Counted from the stretch's first letter, positions 1 through 10,081 are shown. The stretch is DNA of 64,000 nt from an uncultured Anaerolineae bacterium (GCA_938034415.1 CALHLE010000030.1:3708-67707); one strand, 5' to 3'. The notes: generated by a model from the letters alone, not told the origin. Translations and numbers: made by a program.

Positions 1-229
1 TGCTACTCACACCATCCCCGCAATTAGGCCGTGTTGTACACGCGGCGTAGCCCCCAACACCTCACGCAGCGCTCAGCCAGAGACTGGTCACGGCAGTATG
101 GCACATGTAGGGCAGGCGATGGAACGTAAGCTGCTGAACTGCGACCTCTCTTTCCCCTATCCCCTCCGGCTGGAAGTATAGCCTATTTCGGCCGGATTGC
201 AGACACATGACTGCGCCTGTGCGCTTGCG

Positions 230-751
230 TCATGCGCCGCGCGGCGCGCTTTCAAAGCGCTGCACCGGTCCTACCCATCGCTCGCTTTGCGCTTCAACTT
301 CCTCAAACCGGCCACCGGTATATCGGCCGATCACCTTGCGCCAGAATGCCTGCGCGTCCAAGTTTTCGCGCAATTCGCCCACCTCCCAAACGCCGGGGAA
401 GCGGCTGAACAACTGCATCGCGAACCATTCGCCCAGGCCCATGCGACGATATTTGCGCAATATGAAGAACTCCTCCATGAGCCAATGGTGATCTTGACCC
501 GGCCGAATGTAACTTCCCTCGCCGACATAGGCGAAGCCGGCCCAAGCGCCATGCAGGGCGAGGAGGAAGGGATGAAACGCATCACCGCGACTCTGCCACC
601 AAGAGAGAGGGAAGTCCTTGTCGGTAAACGCGCCCTGGTCATCCACGTCAGCGCCGGTTATCGGGCTAAAGTCATGCGCATACAGCTCGAACAGCGCGCG
701 CAGCACGCGACGGTGTCGCTTCGTTGCGGGGATGATTGTGGCGCTCTTCAT
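230..751 (-). CDS. GNAT family N-acetyltransferase
   Basis: 173 aa; acetyl-CoA-binding motif A (FFILRKYRRMGLG) and C-terminal N..AQAFWRKVI typical of small GNATs. Confidence 0.85.
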   Translation of the reverse strand: MKSATIIPATKRHRRVLRALFELYAHDFSPITGADVDDQGAFTDKDFPLSWWQSRGDAFHPFLLALHGAWAGFAYVGEGSYIRPGQDHHWLMEEFFILRKYRRMGLGEWFAMQLFSRFPGVWEVGELRENLDAQAFWRKVIGRYTGGRFEEVEAQSERWVGPVQRFESAPRGA

Positions 752-853
752 CGGGCTGCTCCGTGGCAGGCAGGTAACACTTCATCGCGCAAAGCCGCAG
801 CTTTGTGCGGAAGAGCGTAGAAGTCGCTATCTACGAGTGTAGGGGAGAAAAGC

Positions 854-960
854 GGAGGAGATTGCCATTCTGAGAAGCCCTTCGGACCGGAGATCCGCGA
901 GGGGTGGGGGGGAGGGGGAAGGACCTCCAAGTCGCCAGGCTTCTCAGAATGACAACCTCC
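854..960. repeat. Intergenic long inverted repeat (REP/MITE-like hairpin) enclosing a G-tract
   Basis: Arms TGCCATTCTGAGAAGCC (863-879) and GGCTTCTCAGAATGACA (938-954) pair at 16/17; extendable by GGAGG (854-858)/CCTCC (956-960). Confidence 0.6.
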
Positions 961-1094
961 TGCTTCGCACTACCGTCTATATCCCAATTCGGCAGTCAGC
1001 GATGAAACGCATAGCCCATCAGGATATCTATCTGGCCGGACGATCGCACATTATTCTATCACGTTTGTCCGGCAGCAGCGAACACCAAACACCC

Positions 1095-1691
1095 TCATCC
1101 AACGCTCAACGTGCCGCTGTAGCCGAACATGCGCCCGAAGACCGGGTGGCTGACCACGACCTCGGTGTGGATGGTGCGCTCGTCAACGGCGCGTTCGACG
1201 GCGACGCTGCGGATGTGAAAGAGTCCAGGCAGCGCCGTATAGCGCCCACCGCGGATCGCGAACTGCGGGCCGACGGTCGTTTGGCGCAGCGATTGCCCAT
1301 CCGGACTGACCTCTAACGCCAGCGTAATCCCGATGTTGGGCGGCTGGTTGAACGTGTCGAGCACGCGCGCCGGCAAACCATCACGCGCGGGGCGGGTGAG
1401 CGTATAGCTGACGACGACGCCGCTCGGGTAGCGGAATTCGCGGTGCCATTCGTAGCACACCTCGTCGCGATCCACCATGCCACGGTTACGCACATAGACC
1501 GGCGCCTGCTCAGCCGGAATGGGCATGAACGGCACCAAAGCGCGCGCCCAGGCAAAGCGATTCCACACGCGCATCGGCCCCTGGATGACCACTTCCTGGC
1601 CGGGAGCAAGGTCATAGTGGCGTTGCAGCACTGGGGCCAGCCGGTCAAACGCTTCGCCGAGCGCTAGGCGAAAGAGGGACTGCTGCTGCAT
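1095..1691 (-). CDS. DUF4166 domain-containing protein
   Basis: N-terminal F..ALGEAFDRLAPVLQRHY and C-terminal HPVFGRMFGYSGTL match the DUF4166 pattern. Confidence 0.7.
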   Translation of the reverse strand: MQQQSLFRLALGEAFDRLAPVLQRHYDLAPGQEVVIQGPMRVWNRFAWARALVPFMPIPAEQAPVYVRNRGMVDRDEVCYEWHREFRYPSGVVVSYTLTRPARDGLPARVLDTFNQPPNIGITLALEVSPDGQSLRQTTVGPQFAIRGGRYTALPGLFHIRSVAVERAVDERTIHTEVVVSHPVFGRMFGYSGTLSVG

Positions 1692-1696
1692 CGCAG

Positions 1697-2440
1697 CTAT
1701 TCTCGCACACCGAAGATCGCCCGACCGATGCGCACTATCGTCGCGCCCTCGGCGATGGCGGCCTCGAAGTCATCGGTCATCCCCATCGAGAGATGTTCGA
1801 GCGACAGCCCGGGCATGCGCTCCGACAACGCATTGCGCAGCGCGCGCAGGCCGGCAAAGACGGGCCGCGCCTCGTCGGGCCGTTCGACGATCGGCGCCAT
1901 GGTCATCAGGCCGCGCACGCTCAGGTTAGGCAGCGCTGCGATCTGGGCAACCTGGTCTGCGAATGCGTCCAGGCGCGCCCGATCGCGTTCCCAGCCGTGG
2001 AGCTGGAAGCCGTTCTTCGTGTCCTCGCCGCTCACGTTGCACTCCAGCAATATCGGCTGGACGACGCCCTGCGCCGCACAGCGCGCGTTCAGCTTGACGG
2101 CAAGCTTGAGCGAGTCCACCGAGTGGATCAGGTGGAAGCGCCCCGCCGCATCGCGCGCCTTGCGCGATTGAAGATGGCCGACCAAATGCCATCGCAAATC
2201 GTCGCCAAGCTCCCGAACGGCCAAGCGCGCCTTGACTTCCTCCATTTTGGGCAGCGCCTCCTCGACGCGGTTTTCGCCAAAGTCGCGCTGGCCGGCGGCC
2301 ACGGCCTCGACAATGGCTTCCGCAGGGAAGGTCTTCGACACCGCGACGAGCGCGACGCTATCCGGCGCGCGCCCGGCGCGCAAACAAGCTTCGGCGATGC
2401 GCTCGCGCACCTGCGCCAGCGCCCGTTGCACGTCAGCCAT
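1697..2440 (-). CDS. yggS: YggS family pyridoxal-phosphate homeostasis protein
   Basis: LVAVSKT (PLP lysine), FGENRVEE, WHLVGHLQSRK, GLMTMAP, LSMGMTDDF, IVRIGRAIFG. Confidence 0.95.
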   Translation of the reverse strand: MADVQRALAQVRERIAEACLRAGRAPDSVALVAVSKTFPAEAIVEAVAAGQRDFGENRVEEALPKMEEVKARLAVRELGDDLRWHLVGHLQSRKARDAAGRFHLIHSVDSLKLAVKLNARCAAQGVVQPILLECNVSGEDTKNGFQLHGWERDRARLDAFADQVAQIAALPNLSVRGLMTMAPIVERPDEARPVFAGLRALRNALSERMPGLSLEHLSMGMTDDFEAAIAEGATIVRIGRAIFGVRE

Positions 2441-2468
2441 GGTCCTCGATCAAGGCTTTCGGCGCGCG

Positions 2469-3251
2469 TCAGGCGATACCGGGGATCGGCTGGCGGTAGA
2501 CCGTCGTAGGGGTGGACTGCCCGACCGCCATCATCACGATAAAGTTGATGTTGACGTGCGGCGGGCGCGTGGCGCAGAACACGATCGCGTCGGCGACGTC
2601 ATCCGGCGTCATCGGCTTCACCCCCTCGTAGACCTTCTTGGCCCGTTCCACGTCGCCGTGGAAGCGCACGATGCTGAACTCGGTCTCCACCAGGCCGGGA
2701 TCCACGGACGAGACGCGGATGGGCGTGCCGAGCAAGTCCTGCTTCAGGCTCTCGGTAAGCGACTTGATGGCGGCTTTGGACAGACAATACACCGCGCCGT
2801 TCTGGTAGGCGTAATGGCCGGCCACCGACCCCAGGTTGATGATGTGGCCGCGCTGTCGCTCGATCATGCCCGGCAAAATGGCGCGCGTGACGTAGAGCAC
2901 GCCCTTGATGTTGGTGTTGATCATCTCCTCCCAGTCGTCAATGGCGCCTTCCTGGAACTTGTTTAGGCCCCGACTGAGGCCGGCGTTGTTGATCAAGATG
3001 TCTACCTCGCGGAAGCCATCGGGCAGCGCGGCCACGGCGGCCTCAACGGCGGCGCGGTCGGTCACGTCGAGCTTGAAGATGTGCGTCGGGACGGGGAGCG
3101 ATTCGGCCAGCTTTTGCAGTCGTTCGTAGCGCCGCGCGCACAACACCAGCTTCGCGCCTTGGGCGGCGAAGGCGCGCGCGCACGCCTCGCCAATGCCGCT
3201 GCTCGCGCCGGTGATGAAGACGATGCGATCTCGGAGTGAAATGTTGCTCAT
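2469..3251 (-). CDS. SDR family NADP-dependent oxidoreductase (YdfG-like)
   Basis: TGASSGIG, NNAG, GSVAG, YCLSK catalytic motif, PGLVETEFS. Confidence 0.9.
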   Translation of the reverse strand: MSNISLRDRIVFITGASSGIGEACARAFAAQGAKLVLCARRYERLQKLAESLPVPTHIFKLDVTDRAAVEAAVAALPDGFREVDILINNAGLSRGLNKFQEGAIDDWEEMINTNIKGVLYVTRAILPGMIERQRGHIINLGSVAGHYAYQNGAVYCLSKAAIKSLTESLKQDLLGTPIRVSSVDPGLVETEFSIVRFHGDVERAKKVYEGVKPMTPDDVADAIVFCATRPPHVNINFIVMMAVGQSTPTTVYRQPIPGIA

Positions 3252-3266
3252 AGCAGCGCAAGTGTA

Positions 3267-3308
3267 AATTGAGAATGGGGAATTGAGAATGAAGAATGAA
3301 GAATGCAG
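3267..3308 (+). repeat. Six tandem heptamers AATnnnG (STRR-like)
   Basis: AATTGAG AATGGGG AATTGAG AATGAAG AATGAAG AATGCAG. Confidence 0.75.
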
Positions 3309-3454
3309 GGGACGTCTGAACCCAAGCAGTCTAGGTTAGCCGCCCGATAGGTCTGCGCGCGCGCCCTGCGCCGACGCCCTGACTTTGCGCAGGCGGTTCA
3401 TCAAAAAAACTGCAATGACCAAAAACCGGGACGCTGAGACAGCGCGCCGGCCCG

Positions 3455-4111
3455 TCATGTCTTGCGGATCACGCATATGACTTTGCCCTGGATCATGGCG
3501 TGGTGCGCATCTACGTAGAACGGCTTCATGGTCGGGTTCTCCGGCTTGAGCTTCAGGCGTTTGCCGTCCTTCTCGCGATAGACGCGCTTGAGCGTGGATT
3601 CGTTGCGGTCGGTGAGGAAGACCGCCGCCAGATCGCCATTCTTGATCTCATCGGTTCGGCGCATGATCACGATGTCACCATCGTTGATCAGCGCGTCAAT
3701 CATAGAGTCCCCCTGCACTTCGAGCGCATAGAGTCCATCGGCGCTGCCTACCAGGCTGCGGGCGATCTGGATGGTGTTCTCGGCGTCGGCCAGGGCGTCG
3801 GGATCGGGCGTCGGGGCCGGCTCGCTGGCGACGATGCGCCCGACGATTGGCACAGAGACGATGTCGCGCGGGCTGACGCGATGGGCATGGGTCAACACCA
3901 CGCCGCGCGAACGTCGCTCGTAGCGGTTGAGGAGATTCGCCCGCTCCAACGCCTTTAAGTGATAGCTCACCATCGAGGTGGAGCTGATGCCCGCGCCCTT
4001 TTGAATCTCGCGGATGGTAGGCGGCACATCGTGCTCGTCCATGTAGTGGCTAATGAAAGATAGGATGCGCTGTTGCGGCTCGGTCAAGTGTTCGATCGCC
4101 GAGTGAGACAT
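3455..4111 (-). CDS. lexA: SOS transcriptional repressor LexA
   Basis: N-terminal wHTH (PPTIREIQ...ISSTSMV), cleavage region VGRIVAS, S24 peptidase VQGDSMIDA and TLKR. Confidence 0.96.
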   Translation of the reverse strand: MSHSAIEHLTEPQQRILSFISHYMDEHDVPPTIREIQKGAGISSTSMVSYHLKALERANLLNRYERRSRGVVLTHAHRVSPRDIVSVPIVGRIVASEPAPTPDPDALADAENTIQIARSLVGSADGLYALEVQGDSMIDALINDGDIVIMRRTDEIKNGDLAAVFLTDRNESTLKRVYREKDGKRLKLKPENPTMKPFYVDAHHAMIQGKVICVIRKT

Positions 4112-4138
4112 TGCTTCCTCCCGTTCGCGGCCCCGCGC

Positions 4139-4150
4139 GAACTTTTGTTC
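4139..4150. promoter_or_regulatory. LexA (SOS) box 1
   Basis: GAACTTTTGTTC = GAAC-N4-GTTC, 27 nt upstream of the lexA start. Confidence 0.85.
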
Positions 4151-4163
4151 TATTCGTGTCAGG

Positions 4164-4192
4164 ATAATAAGCGAACATGCGTTCTATGTCAA
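4164..4192 (-). promoter_or_regulatory. sigma70-type lexA promoter with SOS box 2 in its spacer
   Basis: Minus strand TTGACA (4192-4187), 17 nt, TATTAT (4169-4164); GAACATGCGTTC at 4173-4184. Confidence 0.85.
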
Positions 4193-5472
4193 GGCGGACG
4201 GAGGCGGCAATCCACAGCATGCTCTACGATAGCGGGCCGATGATGCCGATGTCGCTTGACCGATCCCCGATGTCCGATCGCCCAGCCGCCAGCTTCTCAT
4301 CGTTCACTCCCACGCAAGCCGCCGAGTGGCTGCCGGCGCGGGTCGTGCTGATGTGCGAGCCGGGCATCGAGACGCTATTCGCGATCCTGCAGCCTGGGGC
4401 GGCCAACTTTTTATTCCCGTTCTCCCTGGCGCAGGGGCGCGAGGAACATCGCGCCTACCGCCGCGCGCTGGAAGACCACGGCGTGCGCGTGATTGACTAT
4501 CGCGAGGCGTTGGCGCAGGCGACGCGCAGCCGGCTGATGCAATGGGCGCGCGAGGCGGTGACGCTCGAATACGACGCAGCGCTCGCAAACGACGAGCGCG
4601 ATGAGGCCGCGCGCCAGCTCGACGCTGCGCTGGCCGCGCTCGACGCCGGCAGCCTGGTGGATGTGATCTTGCTCCGGCCGGCAATCCGGGTCGCGCGCAG
4701 CACCGCCTGCCTGGACCCCACGACGCGATTCGAGGCGCAGTTCACACTTGCCCCACCCAGCCCATACTACACGCGCGACCCGCTCATCACCACGCGCGAG
4801 GGCGTGGTGATCACGCGCCTAAAGCTCAACCAGCGCGCGCCGGAGAACGACATCGCCGCCTATGTGCTCGAGTCGCTCGGCATCGCGCCGCGATACCGCG
4901 TCCGGCCGCCCGGCACGCTGGAGGGCGGCGACTTCATCCCCTGCGGCGACTTCGTGCTGCAAGGTCAAGGGTTACTGACCAACGAGGATGGCGTGCGCCA
5001 GTGCCTTGAGCATCGCGTTTACGGCTATGTCGAGGTGGCCGTGGTCGAAGACCCGCGCATGGACATGGACGAGATGCACCTCGACACCTACTTCGCCATG
5101 CTCGACCGCGACCTGGCGCTTTGCGTTGAGTCGCGGCTCAGCGGCGATGAGGAGCCGGCGGTCAAGGTGTATGTTCCGCAGGGCGCGCCGGACAGCTACA
5201 CCTATACCCTCGCCCGCACCACGCCGTTCTCGCGCTATCTACAAGAGAAAGGTATCCACGTCATCCCATTCAGCAAGGCCGAACAGCTGGACTTTGCCGC
5301 GAACGGCTTGTTGGTCGGTCCTCGGCGGTTGATCAGCGCAGCGCGCGCCGGAGAGCCATTGTTTCAGCGGCTGCGCGCGGCCGACGTAGATGTGCAGGCC
5401 ATTGCCTTCGACGCTCTGGCGGGGGGATACGGCGGCCCACACTGTTCAACGCAGGTGCTGGTGCGCGGCTGA
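4177..5472 (+). CDS. Arginine deiminase / amidinotransferase family protein
   Basis: YTRDP, LEGGD, MHLDT and GGPHCST give the full guanidino-modifying catalytic set. Start uncertain (4177, 4219 or 4240). Confidence 0.85.
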   Translation: MRSMSRRTEAAIHSMLYDSGPMMPMSLDRSPMSDRPAASFSSFTPTQAAEWLPARVVLMCEPGIETLFAILQPGAANFLFPFSLAQGREEHRAYRRALEDHGVRVIDYREALAQATRSRLMQWAREAVTLEYDAALANDERDEAARQLDAALAALDAGSLVDVILLRPAIRVARSTACLDPTTRFEAQFTLAPPSPYYTRDPLITTREGVVITRLKLNQRAPENDIAAYVLESLGIAPRYRVRPPGTLEGGDFIPCGDFVLQGQGLLTNEDGVRQCLEHRVYGYVEVAVVEDPRMDMDEMHLDTYFAMLDRDLALCVESRLSGDEEPAVKVYVPQGAPDSYTYTLARTTPFSRYLQEKGIHVIPFSKAEQLDFAANGLLVGPRRLISAARAGEPLFQRLRAADVDVQAIAFDALAGGYGGPHCSTQVLVRG

Positions 5473-5532
5473 CGCTGCGTGTGTAACGGCCTAGCCGGCG
5501 CGTAGCGCGGGGCACATGTGCGCTTGCTTAAA

Positions 5533-5606
5533 TGGGAGCGACAAGACTCGAACTTGTGACCTTTGCGATGTCAACGCAACGCTCTAACCAACTGAGCTAC
5601 GCCCCC
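5533..5606 (-). tRNA. tRNA-Val(GAC)
   Basis: Reverse complement folds as a cloverleaf: acceptor GGGGGCG/CGCTCCC, anticodon arm TTGCG-TTGACAT-CGCAA, T arm ACAAG-TTCGAGT-CTTGT. CCA not encoded. TATAAT at 5623-5618. Confidence 0.96.
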
Positions 5607-5682
5607 ATGTTTCGCGTATTATAAACCAATGCGCCGCGCGGCTTTGGGCTCCCCAACGCCAAAAGCAAAGGGGCAGCGAGCA

Positions 5683-6414
5683 CTACGACAGCTTCTCCAA
5701 CTGCCTCACCGCCGCATTGAAGTCCTTGGCATACGGCGCGAGCAAGTCGAGCGCCTCGCCCGTGACCGGATGCGTGAGCTTCAGTCGGCGCGCATGCAGC
5801 GCCGTCCGCCCGATCAGGGGAATCTCCTCGGCGCTGTTCGCGCGATAGTCGGGCTTCAGGTGTGACAGGAAGATCGGTTTGCCGTCGCCATACAAGTCGT
5901 CCGCGGCGATCGGATGGCCGAGCAGCGCGGCGTGCACCCGAATCTGATGCGCGCGGCCGGTCTCCGGCATCGCTTCGACCAACGCATAGCGCTTCAGGCG
6001 CTGCAGTACGCGAAAGTGCGTCACCGATGGCTTGCCGCGCACGACATCCACGACCGTGCGATGGCGACGGTCCCCATCCACGCGCAACGGCGCGTCGGCG
6101 GTGCGCTCCGTCCACGCAGGATTGCCCAACAGGAGTGCATGGTAGAGCTTCGTCACTTCGCGCCCCTCGAACTGCTCACTGAGCACGCGATGGGCTAACT
6201 CGTTTCGCGCAAAGATGATGACGCCGCTGGTGTCGCGGTCGAGGCGATGCACCAGCCACAGTCGGCCAAAACGCGCCTCTAGCAGCGCGCGCAGATCCGG
6301 CTCATCGGGCCGCGCCGCATCATGCGCAGTCGTGACGCCGGCGGGTTTGTTAACGGCGACCAGATGATCGTCTGCGCACAGGACCTCTATCCGGTGAGGA
6401 CGAAGCGATCTCAT
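5683..6414 (-). CDS. RluA family pseudouridine synthase
   Basis: VNKPAG, HRLDRDTSG (catalytic Asp), TGRAHQIRVH, GHPIAADDLYG, LHARRL. Start re-picked at ATG 6414, overlapping the plsY stop. Confidence 0.92.
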   Translation of the reverse strand: MRSLRPHRIEVLCADDHLVAVNKPAGVTTAHDAARPDEPDLRALLEARFGRLWLVHRLDRDTSGVIIFARNELAHRVLSEQFEGREVTKLYHALLLGNPAWTERTADAPLRVDGDRRHRTVVDVVRGKPSVTHFRVLQRLKRYALVEAMPETGRAHQIRVHAALLGHPIAADDLYGDGKPIFLSHLKPDYRANSAEEIPLIGRTALHARRLKLTHPVTGEALDLLAPYAKDFNAAVRQLEKLS

Positions 6415-7073
6415 TGCTGCGCCGTGGGCGAACCGGACTGCGCCGGCTGAGGACGCTTGAACCACGACACGCGCTTCTCCGTGCCGGCGCGCAAGCGTTC
6501 GATGTTCGGGCGGAGGGCGATCAGGATCAACCCGAGCACCCCCCAGCCATAGGCGGCATAAGACCAGTACGTCGCGCCCAGCATCGCGCCGACGGTATTC
6601 GCCACGGCGACAGTCAGCCCGGCCAGCATCGAGGCGATCGAAGCATAGCCGCCGACGAAGAGCATGAGCGAACCGAGCGCGAACGCGGGCACGCCGCCCC
6701 ATGGCCAGATCGCGATGCTGGTGCCGACGGCGGTCGCGCCGCCGGCGCCGCCGCGAAAGTTGAGGAAGCACGACGCATTGTGACCGAGTACGACGCCGAA
6801 GCCGGCCAACGCCTCGGCCCAACCTGCCGTATCCACAACGAAGTGGCGCACAATGAGCACGGCAACCACGCCTTTCAGCACGTCAAGGATGGCCGTCGCT
6901 AAGCCCGGCACGACGCCCGCCGCGCGAAATACGTTCGTGCCGCCGGTGCGGCCGCTCCCAAACTCGCGCACGTCTATGCCTTTGACCAGTTTGACGATAA
7001 TCCAGCCAAACGGGATCGAGCCGATCAAGTAGCCGGCTATGCCGCATGCGGCGCTGATCCAGAATGCGCTCAT
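6411..7073 (-). CDS. plsY: Glycerol-3-phosphate 1-O-acyltransferase PlsY
   Basis: GYLIGSIPFG, GSGRTGGTN, DVLKG, GHNAS, LRPNIERLRAGTE; AGGAG SD before ATG 7073. Confidence 0.93.
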   Translation of the reverse strand: MSAFWISAACGIAGYLIGSIPFGWIIVKLVKGIDVREFGSGRTGGTNVFRAAGVVPGLATAILDVLKGVVAVLIVRHFVVDTAGWAEALAGFGVVLGHNASCFLNFRGGAGGATAVGTSIAIWPWGGVPAFALGSLMLFVGGYASIASMLAGLTVAVANTVGAMLGATYWSYAAYGWGVLGLILIALRPNIERLRAGTEKRVSWFKRPQPAQSGSPTAQQ

Positions 7074-7165
7074 AACTCCTAATCTCATGATATGGTAACA
7101 CCAACGCACGAAATGAGACGCGCCTGCCTAAATGGTTTGGCACACGCCGGATATAGAAAGAAGCG

Positions 7166-7822
7166 ATGCTTTCCGAATCAATCCAGGACTATCTGAAGGC
7201 GATTTACGGCCTGCGCCATGAGAACGCGCGCGCCACGACGAACGCGCTTGCAGCCCGGCTGAACGTGACAGCCGCTTCCGTCACCGGCATGCTCAAGAAG
7301 CTAGCCGAGCTGAAGCTGGTGATCTACGAGCCATACCAGGGCGCCACGCTGACGCCTGCGGGCGAGAAGATCGCGCTGGAGGTCATTCGTCACCATCGGC
7401 TGATCGAGCTCTATCTGACCGAAGCGATGGGCTATTCGTGGGACCAAGTGCACGCCGAAGCGGATCGCTTAGAGCACGCCATTAGCGAGGAGTTCGAGGA
7501 GCGCATCTCGACCTTGCTCGGCCACCCTACTGTGGACCCGCACGGCGACCCCATCCCGACCAAAGACGGCGAAATTGCGACTAGCTCGCGAGACACCCTG
7601 GACAACGTCGCGGAAGGCAGCCGGGTGCGCATCGAGCGCGTGCGCGACGAAGACCCCGCGTTGCTGCGCGAAGTGGCCGACCTGGGGCTTACGCCACAGA
7701 CCGTCATCACCATCGGCAGCCGGAAGGACGGCGCCTCGCTCACCGTGTATCTGGCCGATGGCCAATCTCGCTGCATCAGCGCCCGGATCGCCCAAAGCAT
7801 CTTCGTCGTGAATGCCCCCTGA
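7166..7822 (+). CDS. DtxR/MntR family metal-dependent repressor with C-terminal FeoA domain
   Basis: QDYLKAIY, VTGMLKKL, RHHRLIELYL, EADRLEH, PTVDPHGDPIP. Confidence 0.92.
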   Translation: MLSESIQDYLKAIYGLRHENARATTNALAARLNVTAASVTGMLKKLAELKLVIYEPYQGATLTPAGEKIALEVIRHHRLIELYLTEAMGYSWDQVHAEADRLEHAISEEFEERISTLLGHPTVDPHGDPIPTKDGEIATSSRDTLDNVAEGSRVRIERVRDEDPALLREVADLGLTPQTVITIGSRKDGASLTVYLADGQSRCISARIAQSIFVVNAP

Positions 7823-7965
7823 GTCCCCGGCGCGGCCGCATCCGAATTGACAAATTCGCCGTGATAGATATACGATGCGCGCCAATACGCTTTGCGGGCA
7901 TCGCAGGCTTCGATGCCGCTGCAAGCGAGAGGCCGCAGTCGAATAATGGAGAGGAGGGCAGCAAA

Positions 7966-8619
7966 TTGAAGACGGTGCTTCGTATCGCATCATTCGTTGA
8001 CTCGATCACCGATCGTCTGAGCGGGCTGATCAGCATCATCGTTGTTCTGGCTGTCGTGGCCGGCTTCCTGAACGCCGCGTTGCGCTACCTCGGTCAAGCG
8101 TTGCAACGCACGTTGATCTCCAACGAGTTGATTCAGTTGCAGTGGTATCTCTTCTCGCTGCTCTTTCTGATCGGATTCCCCTACTTGCTCAAGCACAACG
8201 TTAACGTGCGCGTAGATTTCTTCTACTCGCGCTGGGGCCCGCGCCAACGTGCGCTCGTGGATTTCCTGGGCACGTTGCTCTTCCTCGTTCCATTCACCTT
8301 GCTGGCGATCTATGTGAGCGTCGGCCCGGTGCTGACCTCATGGGGCCGCCTGCCGGATGGGAGCTGGGGGCCTTGGGAGATGTCGAGCGACGCCGGCGGA
8401 TTGCCGATGGCGCCGCTCAAGTCGCTGATCATCGTCGGCTTCTTCGGCCTATTGGTGCAGTCCATCGGGCAACTAACAAAGTATGCCGCCGTCCTCCTCG
8501 GCTACCACGAGGCCGACGAGGCGGTGATGGTCGCCGAGACAGAGCAGATGATGGCCGAAGAACTGGCGCGCGAGATGCGCGAAGAGCTGGAGCACGAGCG
8601 CGAGGCGTCAGCGCGCTAA
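7966..8619 (+). CDS. dctQ: TRAP transporter small permease (DctQ)
   Basis: ELQWYLFS-like, HNVNVRVDFFY, four TM helices; start re-picked at TTG 7966 after GGAGG. Confidence 0.88.
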   Translation: MKTVLRIASFVDSITDRLSGLISIIVVLAVVAGFLNAALRYLGQALQRTLISNELIQLQWYLFSLLFLIGFPYLLKHNVNVRVDFFYSRWGPRQRALVDFLGTLLFLVPFTLLAIYVSVGPVLTSWGRLPDGSWGPWEMSSDAGGLPMAPLKSLIIVGFFGLLVQSIGQLTKYAAVLLGYHEADEAVMVAETEQMMAEELAREMREELEHEREASAR

Positions 8620-8638
8620 CAACCCAAAGTAAAGAGCG

Positions 8639-10021
8639 ATGGAAGGATTCAACCCGCAGTGGCTCGGCATCCTCATGTTCGTCGGCTTCTTCTTCCTGTT
8701 GCTGACGGGCTATCCGGTCGCGTTCTCGTTCGCTGGCGTCTCCATCGTCTTCGGGTTAATCGGCCTGGCGATGGGCGCATTCGACTTCAACCTGCTGCTC
8801 TCTCTGCCGAACAGTTGGTTCGGCATCATGAGCGACAGCACGCTGTTGGCGATTCCTTTCTTCATCTTCATGGGCGCCATCCTAGAGAAGTCGGGCCTGG
8901 CAGAGGAGTTGCTGGAAACAGTAGGCCAGTTGATGGGGCCGGTCAAAGGCGGCATCGCGCTGGCCGTAGTCATCGTCGGCACGTTGCTGGCTGCGACCAC
9001 CGGCGTGGTGGCGGCGACGATCATCGCGATGGGTCTGATCTCGCTGCCGACGATGCTGAAGTATGGCTACAACAAAGGCCTGGCGACGGGCGTCATCATC
9101 GCCTCGGGCACCATGGCGCAGATGATCCCGCCCAGCATTGTGCTTGTGCTGCTCAGCGACCAGTTCGGCGTGTCCATCGGCGACTTGTTCGCCGGCGCGA
9201 TCGTGCCCGGCCTGATGTTAGCCGGCGCCTACGCGGCCTACGCGCTGCTGGTGGCTTATCTGCGCCCGGGCAGCGCGCCGGCCTTGCCGCCGGAGGCGCG
9301 CACGATGAGCGGTCGCACCCTGCTGCTGCGCACGCTCAGGGCCTTTGTGCCGCCGGTCGCGCTTATCCTGGCCGTGCTGGGCACGATCTTCGCCGGCCTG
9401 GCCACCCCCAGCGAAGCCGGCGCGTTCGGCGCAATCGGCGCATCCATCCTGGCCGTGGCAAACCGTCGGATGAGCCGCAAAGTCATCGCCGACGCCGCCT
9501 TGGCCACCGCCAAGACCACCGGCCTGGTGCTGATGATCCTCTTTGCGTCCACACTTTTCACCAAGGTGCTGTTCGGCCTGGGCAGCGACCTGTTGATCGA
9601 GGAGTGGCTGACCAACCTCCCCGGCGGCTTTTGGACGTTCGTCATCGTCGCCAACATCGTGATCTTCTTGCTGGGCATCTTCCTGGAGTTCCCAGAGATC
9701 ACCTACATCGCCATGCCGCTGCTGGTGCCGGCGGCCGAGAAGGTGCTCAACACCGTTAATGAGATGGGGGCGTTCGCCAACGAGGGCTACACGATGGTGT
9801 GGTTCGCCATCGTCGTGGCGATCAACCTGCAAACGGCGTTCATCTCGCCGCCGGTCGGCTTCTCGCTGTTCTACATGCAAAGCGCTGTGCCGAAAGAGGT
9901 AAGCACGGCCGAGATTCACCGCAGCGCAATCCCCTTCATGATCATCCAGCTCATCGTGCTGGTGATCGTGATCGCCTTCCCGGAGACGGTCAACCTGCTG
10001 GTGCGGTTGTCGTTCCAATAA
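8639..10021 (+). CDS. dctM: TRAP transporter large permease (DctM)
   Basis: [39 protein letters not shown]. Confidence 0.93.
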   Translation: MEGFNPQWLGILMFVGFFFLLLTGYPVAFSFAGVSIVFGLIGLAMGAFDFNLLLSLPNSWFGIMSDSTLLAIPFFIFMGAILEKSGLAEELLETVGQLMGPVKGGIALAVVIVGTLLAATTGVVAATIIAMGLISLPTMLKYGYNKGLATGVIIASGTMAQMIPPSIVLVLLSDQFGVSIGDLFAGAIVPGLMLAGAYAAYALLVAYLRPGSAPALPPEARTMSGRTLLLRTLRAFVPPVALILAVLGTIFAGLATPSEAGAFGAIGASILAVANRRMSRKVIADAALATAKTTGLVLMILFASTLFTKVLFGLGSDLLIEEWLTNLPGGFWTFVIVANIVIFLLGIFLEFPEITYIAMPLLVPAAEKVLNTVNEMGAFANEGYTMVWFAIVVAINLQTAFISPPVGFSLFYMQSAVPKEVSTAEIHRSAIPFMIIQLIVLVIVIAFPETVNLLVRLSFQ

Positions 10022-10058
10022 ACAAAATGGGCGGGGAGCAGCTCCCGCCCATTTTGTT
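10021..10058. terminator. Bidirectional intrinsic terminator between convergent dctM and dctP
   Basis: AACAAAATGGGCGGG / CCCGCCCATTTTGTT, 15-bp perfect arms. Confidence 0.85.
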
Positions 10059-10081
10059 CCACAGGGTATGCGCGCTGGAAT

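Noticed and set aside
1-196. Possible gene end or ncRNA at the window start
   Set aside because: No convincing ORF, hairpin or motif; context is cut off.
7122-7145. DtxR/MntR operator (TGCCTAAA...TTTGGCA) before the repressor; similar half-site CTAGGTTAGCC near 3331
   Set aside because: Only imperfect half-palindromes, and no metal transporter is adjacent.
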